A stretch of DNA of 64,000 nt from Vitrella brassicaformis CCMP3155 (taxonomy: Eukaryota > Protista > Chromerida): the NCBI GenBank assembly GCA_001179505.1, contig CDMY01000130.1, forward strand, positions 62,001-126,000, in the 5' to 3' direction. This document shows positions 1-13,015 of this stretch, in pieces. Position numbers and translations under genes: made by a program. A model generated the notes under the pieces. That model had not been told where the DNA came from and did not search any database. It was given only the letters and a program-made list of their open reading frames with translations. Position 1 is the first letter of the stretch. Each line of letters opens with the position of its first letter.

Positions 1-108
1 CTCTTGGCTGCGACACAACATGGGGTTTCTCTCCATTTCGCTGGACAGACAGTCCCACTGCGTGTCGCAGTAAGACTTCATCTGATGCTCATCCCGCTGA
101 TGCCACAG

Positions 109-856
109 GCGTCCCACCACAATTGCGGACACAAAGGAGACACTCAAGCGCACCGCCAAAGAATGACAGCCAGGCGGTAAGTCCGCATCCACTAAGAGGT
201 ATACATAAGCCAGCTGACCACGTGTCTCTTCCGCAGGATGGGTCATTGCAAAGGATAGTCGAGGGTGGTCTGCTCAATATGGAGAGCGTTGCAAATGCAA
301 CACGGCCCCGCGGCAAGATAGATGTCATCAAAGATGTCGTTCTCAATGGCGAGCTCTCTGGATGGCATGATACTGCCGTGGACTTCTTAGGTATCCATAC
401 AGGGAGAAGAGAAGGAGCACTTACATCACTGACTCACTTGTCATGCAGTCTCTCCATACCCCTCTTCGCGTCCCCCCCGTCCCCCATCCGCCCCGCCACG
501 CACACGATTCGACGACAAAAAGAAGAGACCGAAGAACAATCAATCACAAGAATGCACGGTGGGCATGTCGGCATGAGACATGAGACATGACGCATTTTCA
601 TTTCATTGTTCAGTCGCCGGTGTTGCGTCGCCAAGTCACGTCTGATACCGACGAGTCGCGTGTGCCTCACACCGCAGCACTCACGCCTCAAGAGATGATC
701 CAGCTGCTCAAGAAGGGGCTGGGCATCATCGATGAAAACAGCAGGACGGGCAAAAGGAAGAGCGGTAGGAACAAGAAGAGAGAAAGGGCCGCATGCCCTT
801 CTTCGTCGTCTAGCGCGTCGTCGTGTGTACGGGAGGAGGCGGAAGGGGATGCATGA
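109..856 (+). CDS. 3' part of a spliced hypothetical protein (5' end lies upstream of the window)
   Basis: GT-AG exon chain ~109-177, 237-390, 614-856 reads in frame (DGSLQRIVEGG...HDTAVDFL / SPVLRRQ...EEAEGDA*). No recognisable domain. Confidence 0.45.
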
Positions 857-1393
857 CGGCAATGTTCCACATGGGGGGGGGCTTATTGGTCGACGTAGTA
901 GACACTGAACACTTGCTTACGGCTACCCTCTCCTCGTTTCTGCGTGCGTGTCGTAGATTCTCATTTGTCTTGTTTCTCTTCTCTCTGACGCGCCGCCTTG
1001 TGTGCTTGCGACAGTACTTCGATTGCTTCGCGAAGCGTGCGTCGTCTGAAAAAGGCACGTGTCTCTTCAAGGACTTAGCCTTGAGAGAGACACGTCGTTG
1101 CTGCTGTGGGGTGGTATGCTACTTAAGAAAGTAAGGTACACGACCGAACAAAGAAGGATTCGTGAGCGTTCACGGGTGAGTCGTGCCATATTTGCTTAGA
1201 CAGGAAGTGCGCGCTCTAAAAATTGACCAACTTTGTTGACGTTCTAGTCTAAGGGCAATGCTCTCTGTTGCCATCTCTTTGTTCGCCGGTGCCAGTGTAG
1301 GAAGGGGGAGACTGGCCGCCTCAAGCGGAACAACAAGAACGTCGCGCTTCAATCCGTGACCGTCCTGGTCCGTCCGCACGTCGCGCCTTTCTC

Positions 1394-1466
1394 GCCAGCC
1401 AGCCAGCCAGCCAGCCAACCAGCCAGCCAGCCAACCAGCCAGCCAGCCAGGCAGGCAGGCAGGCAG
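1394..1466. repeat. (CCAG)n/(CAGG)n tetranucleotide microsatellite
   Basis: Directly visible tandem tetramers upstream of the RING gene. Confidence 0.9.
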
Positions 1467-1736
1467 CGGGTGCTCTAACGGTGTGTGTCGGAGTGTCCTT
1501 TCTGTCGGAGGCAGACAGTCAGAGAGGACCAGAAACCCCCACGAAAAACTGTGTTCCTTGCTTTGTTTGCGCTACAGGAGCCACAGAAAGATGCGCAGAG
1601 GCCAGAAGTACGACAACGTCACGTCGTAGATTCGTACCTATCCGTCGGCGGCGTCGTGATTTGCTTGTGGGCCTTCGTGCTTCTATCGACCGGTGCTCTG
1701 GGACGTATTGGCTTCCAGAAAGTAGGCGGGAACACC

Positions 1737-3050
1737 ATGACTACTATGAGGCCGGATGGCTGCCTCCCCAGAAGTTACGTCATCCCTGATGACGACGACT
1801 GCCCTATTTGCCTCGATGCCCTTCGGGACAAGACAGACTTGGTGCGGCTCACGTGTGGTCACTTTCTTTGCTATGAGGTTCGTGTACAGCACTGGAAGGG
1901 CAGACAGTGTGTTTCTTCCTGTTCTCGCGTCTGCAGCTGTTTCTTCTGCTTGTTTCTTGTCATCTTTGTGCAGTGCCTGAAGCGCGAGACAGGTTCTTTC
2001 TACAGGGACGATGCATCGCGGCCGACTGGCGCGAGGTCTGACGGGCGGTCCCTGCCATGTCCCAAGTGCCGCTTTGTAAGCATGAATACCCACTGGACGA
2101 ACAAACTTTCCTTCGGTGCGATTTGACACACTATCTCTCCGCTTTTTTTTCAGGGATGTGATTTGATTGAGCGCATACAGAAACCGTCAGCCTCGGCGAC
2201 TCTGGAATTTGACAGATTCGGTGGTCCGTTTCGCGACGTCACCGTTGGTGATACAACATGGCGCGCTAACTATTATCACCCATTGGGATTGACGGGCGGG
2301 CTCATCGCTGCGGGCCCCCTTTTTCTTCCTCCCGAATTTGCGGGGACATTCACGCGTCAGATGTTGGACAGATTGGGTCGCGCCTGGAACCGTTTGAGTG
2401 CCGACCACGACACGGTGGACGCCACTCTTGAAGCCCTCCTTTGGGACGAAAGCGCCGAGGAATGTCGCGCCCTGCTGCGGGATCTTGACGATGTGCTGTC
2501 TTACTATGGCGAAGACGGGTGAGCTCCGCGCCGTGCGTGAGACGATGCGTACATGGACGGACCACTTTCTTTGCCTGTATGAGTGCTGTCAGGTGCTGTG
2601 AGGCCTTCGATGTTGAAGACGAGGTGTGGGTCTGCGGGGTGGTCAATCGGCCTGAATACAACGGGCTAGAAGGTACAGTAGAGGAAGTCATGCCGCCACG
2701 CACACGACGCAACAGAACTGACAACACACGGTGAGAAAATAAAAGCGAGCCCCCGAACAAGAGAGACCTGAACGTACGTGTGCTGATTTGGCCTTTTCTC
2801 TCTCTATGTGTGCAATTATCGAGTGACTCTCGATGCCGGCGAAATTGTGCTATCCCTGCGGGGCGACGTTCTTCGCCTTCCTCCCGAAATGTACGAATGG
2901 TTTTTTTTACGAAAGGACGGTGTCAGCGCCTCTCCCTTCTTGTGTGCTGGCTGGGGGCGAGTGGGTGGGTGGTCTGGGGATGTGTCGATAGACAAACATG
3001 ATGCATACATGGCTACGCTCTTGTCTTTTCACGTGCATGTACGTAAATGA
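1737..3050 (+). CDS. C3HC4 RING-finger protein with a C-terminal SH3/KOW-like segment (putative E3 ligase); 3' end uncertain
   Basis: CPICLDAL...LTCGHFLCYE|CLK...CPKCR joined across an intron (~1878-1973). Later exons give VWVCGVVNRPEYNGLEGTV and YRVTLDAGEIVLSL. Confidence 0.7.
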
Positions 3051-3556
3051 CTGTTTTCAATGTGCGCCTGAGTCTTGAATGCTGGCGTGCGCCGCTGAAG
3101 TTGATTGAACTGTTTGATTGTTAAGTGCTCTCATCACCGTCCATCCAGTGTCTCATCCCTCCCTCCCATCACCCAAAAATGACCCGTCGGCGAATCAGTC
3201 CATGTCTCTGTGACTCGTTGTCGCTGCTCGCCCATCATCTATTGAATCTCTCTAACGAATGCACATGCACGCAAAGGCCCTATGCGTATGAATGAACCAC
3301 CCAGAGACATGTACACACGTTCAGTCAAATGATCGCAGCGTTCCTCTCTTGAGTAGAAGGGAGGAAGCTCAATGCATCAACACACGCGTCCATCCTCTCT
3401 CGTGAGTGGTCGATGAGTGAATGGAGGAGTGACTTGTACGATGATGGGTGAAAAAGTGGCAAAAGTGACAATCATCGAATGAGGCACAGCCATTCAAGTT
3501 AGCTAATTGACATGGTTCAATCTGCCTGACATGTCTTGCCTTATGAGATTTACGTG

Positions 3557-3605
3557 CGAAAAATCGATACCAAAAAGAATACTTACGAAAAATCGATACC
3601 AAAAA
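3557..3605. repeat. 20-bp direct repeat CGAAAAATCGATACCAAAAA, two copies, 29-bp period
   Basis: Exact copies at 3557-3576 and 3586-3605 in an AT-richer intergenic stretch. Confidence 0.85.
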
Positions 3606-4044
3606 TAGAACAGACAGCCACCATAGAGACGACCACAGATAGAGCACAGTGATCGACCAAAGCATAGAACGAACACAGCGAACAAAACGCGCCGTCAACG
3701 CAGTCGCAAGAGACAGCCACAACGAATTGATTACAGCGGCGAATTGCTGTACTTCGGAAAAACTGACACCAGCAGCTCATTCGCCGTTGTCAACTAAGTT
3801 CCTGATGTCGGGTGAACATGAGACAACACTGAATTCACCGGACAATCACGGCAGGAAGGAATTGCAGGAAGGCACGACATAACACGACACATCATCGACT
3901 CTGCCCACCTCTCGCCCCGTCTCCTTAACAAACCATCCGGAAGAAGAGCATGTGTACTCGATATCATCGCTCTGGCCCATTGACCAGCAGAAGTCAGCCT
4001 TTTGCAACTCACAGGCGTCTTCAGACTTTGCCCATCGAGACTCA

Positions 4045-5988
4045 TCACCGTTTCTGGCTGTACTCCCCCGCTGGGCTCAGCATCTTCCCAAAACGATGCC
4101 GATTGTCTAGGAATATAGATCGCCCGTCGCCACACCAGCCGTCGCCCACTCCCATGACCCGGAGTGCGTCCCGCTCCTTGTAATCACGCCTCACCATAAT
4201 GGATGAAGACCAGCACTTCACAGGCCACAGCCCCCGACGCTCGCCGGTGACCAACTTGTCGCGGTCCTCCCTGTGGTAGGAGCCCTTAAACATGCCTTCT
4301 CGCCAATTTGGCCGGAAACAGGCCTTGTCGACCCCAAAGTTGGCTTGGTCACCGTCGGTCACGCCCAACGGTACCACTGAAGGCAGGTCGTCTTGCACAA
4401 GCTGCTGAACGAGGTCGTGTTGTTGAACGACAAAATCGTTCTCGATAAGTAACAGATGCGACGCCTTGACCTGACGCATGATACGAAACGCTCGTTTGTG
4501 GGCCTCTTTGCCGCGGGATGTCTCTCTGTGCTCGTGAACTGCCGCAAATCTCAGCTTGAAGTTCTCGTCAAGCCGCAGATCGCAGGACGGGCCGCTCGAC
4601 ACAAAAAGGTCCGTCCTGCCATGGTCCACCTCCATCGCCATCAAGCCCTCGACGAACTCCCAGCTGCTGTTGCCGGTCGGGTGCGCACAAATCACCGCCA
4701 GGACCATCTTCGGCTGTTGATAAGGCGATGTGTCCCTCTCGTACCAGACTGAGCCCTCTTCATTCGTCCATGCCCCAGCCTCCAAGAGCACCAAGTGATA
4801 GAAGAGGTCTTTCCCGTGTCCGTTCCCATGCAACAGTGCTGCGGCCTCCTTGCCGTCAGTGCGGGCGAAGGTCAGTCCATGCACATCCCTCTCTCCATCT
4901 CGCGAGCGATAAGTGGTCGGCGCGAGCTTCCACTCGTCCGGATCCATGCGCGTGAGCGCCTGGAAGAGCGGACGCTCATAGTCCAGCTTAATCGTCACCC
5001 CATGACCAACGTCATTCTTCAGAAACCGACGAGTGAAGAACAGCTGATCGTCCTGCCCGGATGGATACTTCTCCAGACAGAGGGATAGAGCACCCGCACG
5101 ACCTGCATACCCGCCGGAGTTGAGGAATCGGTACGCGTCTTTGGTCGGCGGCATGGGATATTCGTCCTTGAGGCGCCGGTCGGGCCATAATCCGAGCTCG
5201 CTGTCGATATGTGGCCATGGGCAGGAGACAGAAGGCAGACAGACAGACAAGGACACACGTAGATATGTGTGGGCTGTCTGCGTGACTGGTGACTTAAGTG
5301 CCTCACCTGGAGACGATGATGGTCGTGTTGTCATTGTCAGGTATGAGCAGACGCAGACGTCGCTCCAGCTCTTCATTTGGCACCCGCAGGACCCCGTCAT
5401 ACCTGCAGCGGGTGAGAGATCAAGCAAGGGGCTCTTGCTCAGCAACTGTTTTCCACACCCACCCATCAGTGAAGACGACCAACAAATCTGGATCCTGCTG
5501 GGACAGCCATCGCCTCATGACCTCAAGCTTGATTGTTCTGGGGTCGCCTTTGCGTTTCTTCTCGTTCTGTCCGATGGTCACTAGGTCCACACCGTAATAC
5601 CTTGCTGTGAGAAGGACAAAACACACAAATCAACAGACAGAATGACGTGCTGAGACTTTCCCTCCCACCTGATCGCGACAACGCTCTATAGCCCGGGTTC
5701 GTTTGATTTTGCCCCACTGTGACGAGAACGAAGGGCGGAAGAGACCCGTCGGCTGATGATAGCGCCACCTGCAGGACATGTGCACGTGCATAAATGTGCA
5801 CTGCACTCAGCGCAGCTCACTTGTTGTTGGTCCGCTGCATCGGTCCCTGACGGACAACTGACGATGCCTCTCAGCTGAGAGGTCAGCCATCCCCGCCGAC
5901 TGACAGACAGACCGACCAGAAAGGAGATGAGGAACACGCTCAGCGACGCTGCGGCGAAAAGGAAGAGGTGACGAAAGACGCGCGACAT
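4045..5988 (-). CDS. PLOD/procollagen lysyl-hydroxylase-like glycosyltransferase: N-terminal membrane anchor + GT domain + accessory domain, no hydroxylase domain
   Basis: Spliced product contains FVLVTVGQ, VVFTDG|YDGVL (DxxD), SELGLWPD, YRFLNSGGYAGRA and DDQLFFT, then HLLLIENDFVV...ANFG...GLWPV...IFLDNRHRFGKML. These parallel the PLOD GT and accessory domains. Hydrophobic anchor FLFAAASLSVFLISFLVGLSV. Double TGA stop at ~4042-4047. Confidence 0.8.
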
Positions 5989-6129
5989 CCTGAAGAGGGA
6001 ACGAATTACGCCGTTCCGGAAAGAAGGGGGGACACGGCGAGGCGAGAGTGTTCCATGCTGGCAGGCCAATCCCCTGAGTTTGCGCTAACGGCTGTACTGT
6101 AAATTCTGTTTCGGATGAACACCTGAGGA

Positions 6130-6304
6130 TGACGCTCATGCCGACGATGAGCACCGACGTCGTGGACTTCAGTTACGCAGCACTGGAGGGCGCGTCACTG
6201 GAGCGATGGCTTCCGTCGACTTTCGGGCGATGTAGGAAGAAATCACGCTGACAGTGCGGAGAAACGAATCCAACACAGACAACTTACAGGTGATTCATCA
6301 CTGC

Positions 6305-6336
<32 letters not shown>

Positions 6337-7545
6337 CTGTTGCCCCTGCTCTCTCCAGCCGTTCAATGCAGGACTCACTTACTGTGGCTGTGAGGATGGG
6401 CCCTTTTCGTTCGGAGCGCTGGATCAATCGTTACGTCCGCAAGCTCGAGAAATGCGTCCTCGTCAAGGAAGTCGTGCTTGACACGTGGGTGCCGCCCGGC
6501 CAGTCCATCGATGACTTCCGAGGGGTGCTGCAAGAGCAACTAACAGGGCTCAGCGTCAGCGTCGTAGAATTCATGGCCCGTATGACAGGCTCTCGCCTCA
6601 CGGCTGTGGCTATCCTGACTGCGTCCCCCCCCACTGGTCAGCGCACGCCTTCCCCTCCGCGTCGGCGGCAGTGAAGGCGCTCAGGTGCGATGGACTGTCG
6701 GGAACACGACGCTCCATATATCGGGACTGACAAAACACGAAAAGGACAAGGTACGGCAGGCACATGCAGGGGCGTCGCGTGGATGTATGGACGTGTACTT
6801 CCGTATGCGACAGGAATGGGGAGTGCCGCGATGTGCCGCAGGGGACAGCTTGCCCGACACTGCTCTCCTCAAAGCAGACGAAAACAACTGGGAGTGGGTT
6901 GGCGGAAGAGGTGACAGCCACTGAAATTTCATGAACACTGTGGCCTGACCCACATAATTGCTTCTTGATGTGGGTTTTGGCAGCAAACGCGATCAAGGCA
7001 ATATGGAGCGAGAAGATTTTGTCCGAACCCGCGAGGTCACCGTCACCAGCTTCTCCAAAGTCGATGCCACTCCCGAGCAAGAGTTGGGAGACATCTACGA
7101 ACGCTTCAAGGACACAAGAGGCACACATACACGGCAGGCACGCACGCGGACGAGTAAGAGAACAGGCAACGGACGGGATGAGTGCATTGGTGAATGTGAT
7201 GTCTCCGTTTGTGTGTCGTCAAAAACAGAGGAGGAGACGGGGAGTGGGTCTCAGGAGGAGCGAGACATACGACGCACTGGGCCTCTAGGCAAGGAACTGT
7301 ATGCGGGCCTGCACGGCAGCGAGGCTGAGGACAGCCCTTCCCTCTACGTCGGAACAAATCAATTCCTCTATCACGTAAGCACACAAACATGCGCTTCACG
7401 ACCCGCAGCTGCGCTCCTGTGCTGTCACGCGTCCTGTCGGCCGTTGTGTCAGACGATGATCGTGGCGCAGGCACTCCAGCGGAAGGCCAATGCACTGGCA
7501 AAGAAAAGTGATGGCAGGGCGAGATTGTGGCCCTCAAGGCTCTAG
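6130..7545 (+). CDS. Hypothetical spliced gene or gene fragments; structure unresolved
   Basis: Protein-like exon segments (RSERWINRYVRKLEKCVLVKEVVLDTW; VRTREVTVTSFSKVD; ELYAGLHGSE) flanked by GT/AG sites, but I could not build one continuous frame. Confidence 0.3.
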
Positions 7546-8377
7546 AAGTGAAGATGGTGAATCGGCTGGATCGGGCCTTGCGTTAGCTAAGACATAGACG
7601 GGTGCTTGTAGAGAGTGCTGATGGCTTCCAAGCCGTCAGTCACATTTTCTGCCTGCAGACATTTTCATATGCATGGCCTTTTAACTTGTATTTTGGCGCC
7701 ATCGTGAGGCTTCGCAATGGTCTTTGGTGTCTGTGCTTGGTGATGTCAATGGTGATGTCGCAAGGGTCTTTGCTGTCGGCTCGTGCCGGTGGTTGGAGAG
7801 AGACAAACGAGTGCGTGTGCGTGTGTGTATGTGTGTTGGGGGGGAATACGTGTGGGGCTGTCTACCGGTCAGTGGGCTCCAAAAACACAGCGAGCCGCAG
7901 ACAGGTCGGCGGGCATACATGCGTGACGGAAAAAGAGACGTGACGATGATGCATGGTGTAAGGGCAGAGCGAGAAGCACAGTGCGTGCACAAAGATGCCT
8001 TTATGCTGGTTCGAGTGATGATGACAGGAGAGACAAATCGAGGGCTGTGTCCAGTAGATGCTGTGTGGCGGCTTTCTCATTCTCATTGTGTGATTGGCTG
8101 GCTCTCCTGTCTCTAATTCTTCTACGTGGGGGTGGCCCTGTGTCTCGTCTGTGTGTGGTGAGTGAGCGAGTGAGGAGGTAGGTTTTCGATGAATGCCGGC
8201 CGAGACTCGAGAGGCACGTGGATTGCTTCATGCATGACACACCCGTGTACAGCTTGGTCCGCCCATTCTCCCTCCCGTCAGTCAGCCATGGCAGCCAACC
8301 GACGAGTAATAGCATGTACATGCGAATGACTTGCTTGTCGGTATTTCCACGTGTATTCAGGATAGAATCAATATCAG

Positions 8378-8830
8378 CTAACGCTGTGATCGGAAGAGCA
8401 GGACGGTCTTTTCTGCTGGAATGACATCGAAGAACGCTATCCACTTGGCGTCATACGTGATGGACATGCTGCAAACAACACAACAACACGGAAACGCCAT
8501 CGAGACCACCCAGAAAAAGGTTACAGATGTGCACTCCATCCTGTCTGCAGTGCAGTGATGTCTGTCATGCAAGTCTGTCCGTGCGTACCCGAAGCTTTTG
8601 CCGACGATGCATTGCCACGCGCCCTTGCCGCCCGTGTTGAACGCCAGGTCCTCGTCACACCTTTTCTTGATGGCGGTGGCGATGTCCTTCTCCAGCTTGT
8701 GGGCCTCCATGGCCTCATGGGCGTAAACCTGAGCCTGGTGGAGCAGCTCAGCTGGGAGGTCGCAGTACCGGATGCTCATGGGCGGCAGAAGGACTTTCTT
8801 CTCCGTCTCCTCCTCATCAATGTCCGACAT
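8378..8830 (-). CDS. Dynein light chain, LC8/type 1 family (2 exons)
   Basis: IRYCDLPAELLHQAQ...LEKDIATAIKKRCD...AWQCIVGKSFG|CMSITYD...VLLFRSQR* matches the DLC1 WxCIVGxxFG pattern. Confidence 0.9.
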   Translation of the reverse strand: MSDIDEEETEKKVLLPPMSIRYCDLPAELLHQAQVYAHEAMEAHKLEKDIATAIKKRCDEDLAFNTGGKGAWQCIVGKSFGYARTDLHDRHHCTADRMECTSVTFFWVVSMAFPCCCVVCSMSITYDAKWIAFFDVIPAEKTVLLFRSQR

Positions 8831-8980
8831 TGTGGCAGAATCCTATTCAAAGGTAGATGGGGCAACACTTGGGAGGAAAAGGAGGAGAAACGGTTGAAGC
8901 GCCCGGGGGATGAACGCCGTGAAACGTGTGCGCGCGCCCTTGGCCTGCCCGATAGCCAAGCCTTGCAGCATCTGACCGCC

Positions 8981-11900
8981 ATGTACGAACCTTTGGGCGG
9001 CGGCCCCGGTATGGCGACGCCAGGGACCGCAGACATCCAGTTGGGGCAGCTTGCCGGTGCCCGCTATGACATCTGCCTGGTCTTCCCATACAAGACCTCC
9101 AGCCGCGTCAAATACGGCGAGCATTCCGACCCCGTGCTGAATGACCCCAGCAGCAGGGAGCGGCGGCAGATGGAGCGGTGGGACAAGAAGCGCAGCAGCG
9201 TCCTCAAACAGCTCGTCAACTGCGGACTGGAGGTCAAGCCCTTCTACTCGAGGGACAAAGATGAGGTCTTCTGCAAAATCGGTACACTCATATAGCGGTT
9301 GGGGAGATGGATGGATGGATGGATGACATGAAAGTGCATATGTGATGGATGTCATGGGTGTCGCTGATGTGTTGTGTTGTGTTGTGTGTGTGTGTGGTGG
9401 ATGCAGGAACTGACATAGCCAAGTTGCAGGAGGTGGCTGAGATGACCAAGCACAAGCTGCAGATGAAGGAGGAGTACCTGGGGGCCCACGCACCGTACAT
9501 CAAGGACTTCCCCGGCAGGCCGGACGTCAACTACGCCGACCGCAAGGTCGTTTCACACGTGTACAAGCCACGCGACGATGAGGACTTCCCTACCGCCGAC
9601 TCGATCTTCAGGTCAGGCAGGGAGGGGGGGAGGGGGGGAGAGTGGGAGGGACGACACGCATTAAGGCGGATACATCATGCGCGCGCTTGTTGTCTGTGGG
9701 TGGTTGTGTCAGGACTGCTGATCGCATTCAGTTGCTGGACCACGTGATCCGCTCCAAGGACAAGGGGTGCGCGGGAGTCGGTAAGCAGGGCGCCTAGGCA
9801 CAGACAGACGGAGAGGTGTGTATGGATGCTTTGATGGATGGATGGATGGATGGTGGTTGTGTGTGGGTGCGCTGCAGATATCGGTGCGTTGGTCAAGACG
9901 GGCGACCTGAAGGCGTATTTCCCGCTGCATGAGAACAAGAAGCTGGATGAGCTCGACAGCACCTGGTGGAGCTGCTTCGTCACTGCCGCTAATGCTAACA
10001 AGGTCAGGCTCCTCGTCTGCCCATGGATGGATGGATGGATGGATCGTGTGCGCGACCCGCCTCACATCTGTGTGGCGCATTGTTTTGCCTGTCTTTGTCC
10101 GTCAGGTTCGCGACTACTTTGGTGAGCGCATCGGGTTCTACTTCTCGTGGAACGCGCACTTCAGCAAATGGCTCTTCATGGCCACACTCATCGCCGCCAT
10201 ATTCATCATCGGTAGGTAACACCCCCCAGGCACCACACCAACTCGCATCGGTGGATACGCTTATGGATGAATGCTGTGGTGTCTTGTATGTCAGCTGACG
10301 TTGGGGCGGGCACGCCTGACAACACGCTCGCCCCCATTTTCTGCATCATCATGGTCACTCACCCACCCATTCACGCACTCGATGGATGGATGGATGGACG
10401 GATGGATGGGTGCCTTTAGGCGTTGTGGTCGATCCTGTTCACGCACTACTGGCGGCGCAAGGCCCACAGCTATGCGTTGGAGTGGGGGGTTTTCGACCTG
10501 GAGCCCGAGCTCGAGGCGCCCCGGCCGGAGTTCTTCGGCACATACCGCATCAATCCAATCACCGAGAAACAAGACCTATACTACCCCTGGACGGTAGGGT
10601 ACACGACAAAGCCACCCTTTTTGTGGATGGAATGGCGTGTGGCGTGAGTGTGTGTGTGGTCGTCCATTAGTCGCGGGTGTTGTCGGTGCTGCTGAGTTAT
10701 GCGGTGATAACTGTGACGCTGGTTGCGATGCTGATAGTCATGGCGACGGTGTTTGTGTTCCGCCACCTCTACCACCACGAAGTGCCCTTTGGACGCATCA
10801 CATTCATGCTGCTCCTCGCCGTCGTCGTGGACGCACTCAACGTACGCCGCCCACCTACCAGCCACCTGTGTCGATGACACCGTGCACCTGTCTGCACCTG
10901 TGTGTGTGTGTGTGTGTGTGCAGTCCATCTTTTCGTGGGTGGTCAAGATTCTCAACGACCGCGAGAACTACCGCACGCAGACCGACTACGAGGCAAGAAC
11001 CGCTCCACACAAAAAAAACTGTGGACATTCCTTTCTCTCTGTCTCTCCCTCTGTTGGCAGAACGCGCTGTTAGCCAAGACGGTTGTCTTCAAGTTCGTCA
11101 ACTCGTACGCCGCCCTCTACTACATCGCCTTCTTCAAAGACCACTCCACCACATTCGGTCGGGAACACCCATACCTTGTCATGCAGACGCACAGACGCAC
11201 CAACGCATGGATGCATGTATTGTGGGTGCTGGTGGTGCGGGTCGTCAGGTCTGACGATGCACTGCGCGCGTGGCGACTGCATGATTGACCTGTCGTGGCA
11301 GCTGGCGGCGTTCTTCCTCTACAGACTCATCGCCTCCAACTTCATCGAGGTATGCAACAATGCGGGCTGTGCAGGGAATGGGTGCGGGTGGGTGGATGCA
11401 TGTATAATGTGTGCAGTTGTTGTGGCCCAAGGTGGTGTATCTGCTCAAGAGCTGGATGGAGCGACGCGCCTTCAAGGGGTCCAGAGGGGCAGTGCTACAG
11501 GTACCCACACCAACATGCACGTCACATCCAGCAAGCCAATGAGAGGCTTTTACGGTGTGATGTGGTGTGATGCCAATGACAGGATATGTCCCAGTCTGAG
11601 CAGCAGTGCAAGAAAGAGTCCTACAATCCATTCGATGACTTCGACGAAAGTCAGCCAAGACATCTTGTACACACACACATGAAGACGCATCTCATTCTCT
11701 CTCTCGTAACCATTCAGTGGTGGTACAGTTCGGCTATTGCAGTCTGTTTGTGGTCGCCACCCCCTGGATATTGCCACTCGTAAGAAAGGCCACCCGCACG
11801 GAAACCGATGGACGCATCAACACATCTGCATGACATGCGGCTCTTCCTGTCTGCCTGTGTGCTTGTGTGTGTGGCCAGGCTGTGTTGGCCAACGTGGTTG

Positions 11901-12726
11901 AGTGTTGGGTGGACAAGAACAAGCTCATCCACCACATGAGGCGACCCATGCCTCTCAAAGCCAAAGACAACGGTCAGCCGGCACCCATGCGGCACAGCCA
12001 CACGCACAGTGCACACCCACTCACTACACAGCGCCGTGTGTTTCTCATGATGCATATGTGTGTATGAGCAGGCAGTTGGGATATGTGTTTCGAGGTGATG
12101 GGCTTCCTGGCCGTCTTCACTAACGCAGCGCTCGTCGTCTTCACCACAGGCACGCTCTCTTAAGATCAGAGGACACATAAGAGTCCCGTTGGTGTATGAG
12201 TGCACCATGCTGCTTGTATGTGGTGTTTTCTTCAGAGGTGTTCCTTGGCGCGTCGCTGCTCATCAAGTTGCTGTGGTTCTTAGCTATTGAGGTGAGTGAG
12301 CAATGGGAAGATGGTCAGGTGCTGCACACAAACATGTCCGCCATGCGTGTATGTGTGCAGCACCTGGTCATTCTGGCGCGCATTGTGATGCACGTCATCC
12401 ATCCCGAGGTGCCCGAGTACGTGCGCATCCTCAACCTCAAACACAAGTATGTGGCGATTGCACGCCCGAGGGCATATGCAACCAGGCCCCTTCATACTGT
12501 ATGTGTGTATGTATGTGTGTGCAGGCACATCGTTCACAAGCATGTGGACTGTGTGGACGAGGAGGATGAGACAATGCGGGCACACGCACTGCAAGACAGA
12601 GAGGTAAGCCACGTCACACTGCCCGCGAACCCGTCCATCCATTTGTGTCTGTTTTTCGGCCTGGCTGGGGTGATTGGTCAGTTGAAGGTCGCCATCCTCG
12701 ACGTTGACGATGATGACGACGACTGA
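8981..12726 (+). CDS. Anoctamin/TMEM16 family Ca2+-activated chloride channel or scramblase (many exons)
   Basis: YFPLHE, VRDYFGERIGFYFSW, ENYRTQTDYE|NALLAKTVVFKFVNSY, YNPFDDFDE|MVVQFGY, NVVECWVD...RRPMP, FLAVFTNA and EHLVILARI...PEVP are hallmark anoctamin motifs. Confidence 0.95.
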
Positions 12727-12944
12727 AGATAGATACAGACAGAGATACGAATGCATACATACCTCTAGGCAGGCACACGTGCGTAGATTGGGCGAGGGAG
12801 AGGATGTCTAGCTAGGTGCCTTGATTGATCGAGGCAGCCGGCCGGGGAAGGAGGGAGGGATGGGGTGTACAGCGGATGGAGGGAGTCACGGGCCGACCGA
12901 CGGATAGACGCCTCGCTTGCATGACCTGCGTAGATCCCCATCAC

Positions 12945-13015
12945 ATACATACACACATACATACACATATGTACATACATAGATATATACATACGTACGC
13001 ATACGTTCATGTACA
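12945..13015. repeat. (CATA/TACA)n microsatellite tract
   Basis: Visible degenerate tandem tetramers downstream of the anoctamin gene. Confidence 0.7.

Noticed and set aside
1394-13015. Short tandem arrays ((CCAG)n, (GATG)n, (GACA)n, (TACA)n) considered as CRISPR-like or telomeric repeats
   Set aside because: They are plain microsatellites without unique spacers, scattered through introns and intergenic DNA. No cas genes are present.
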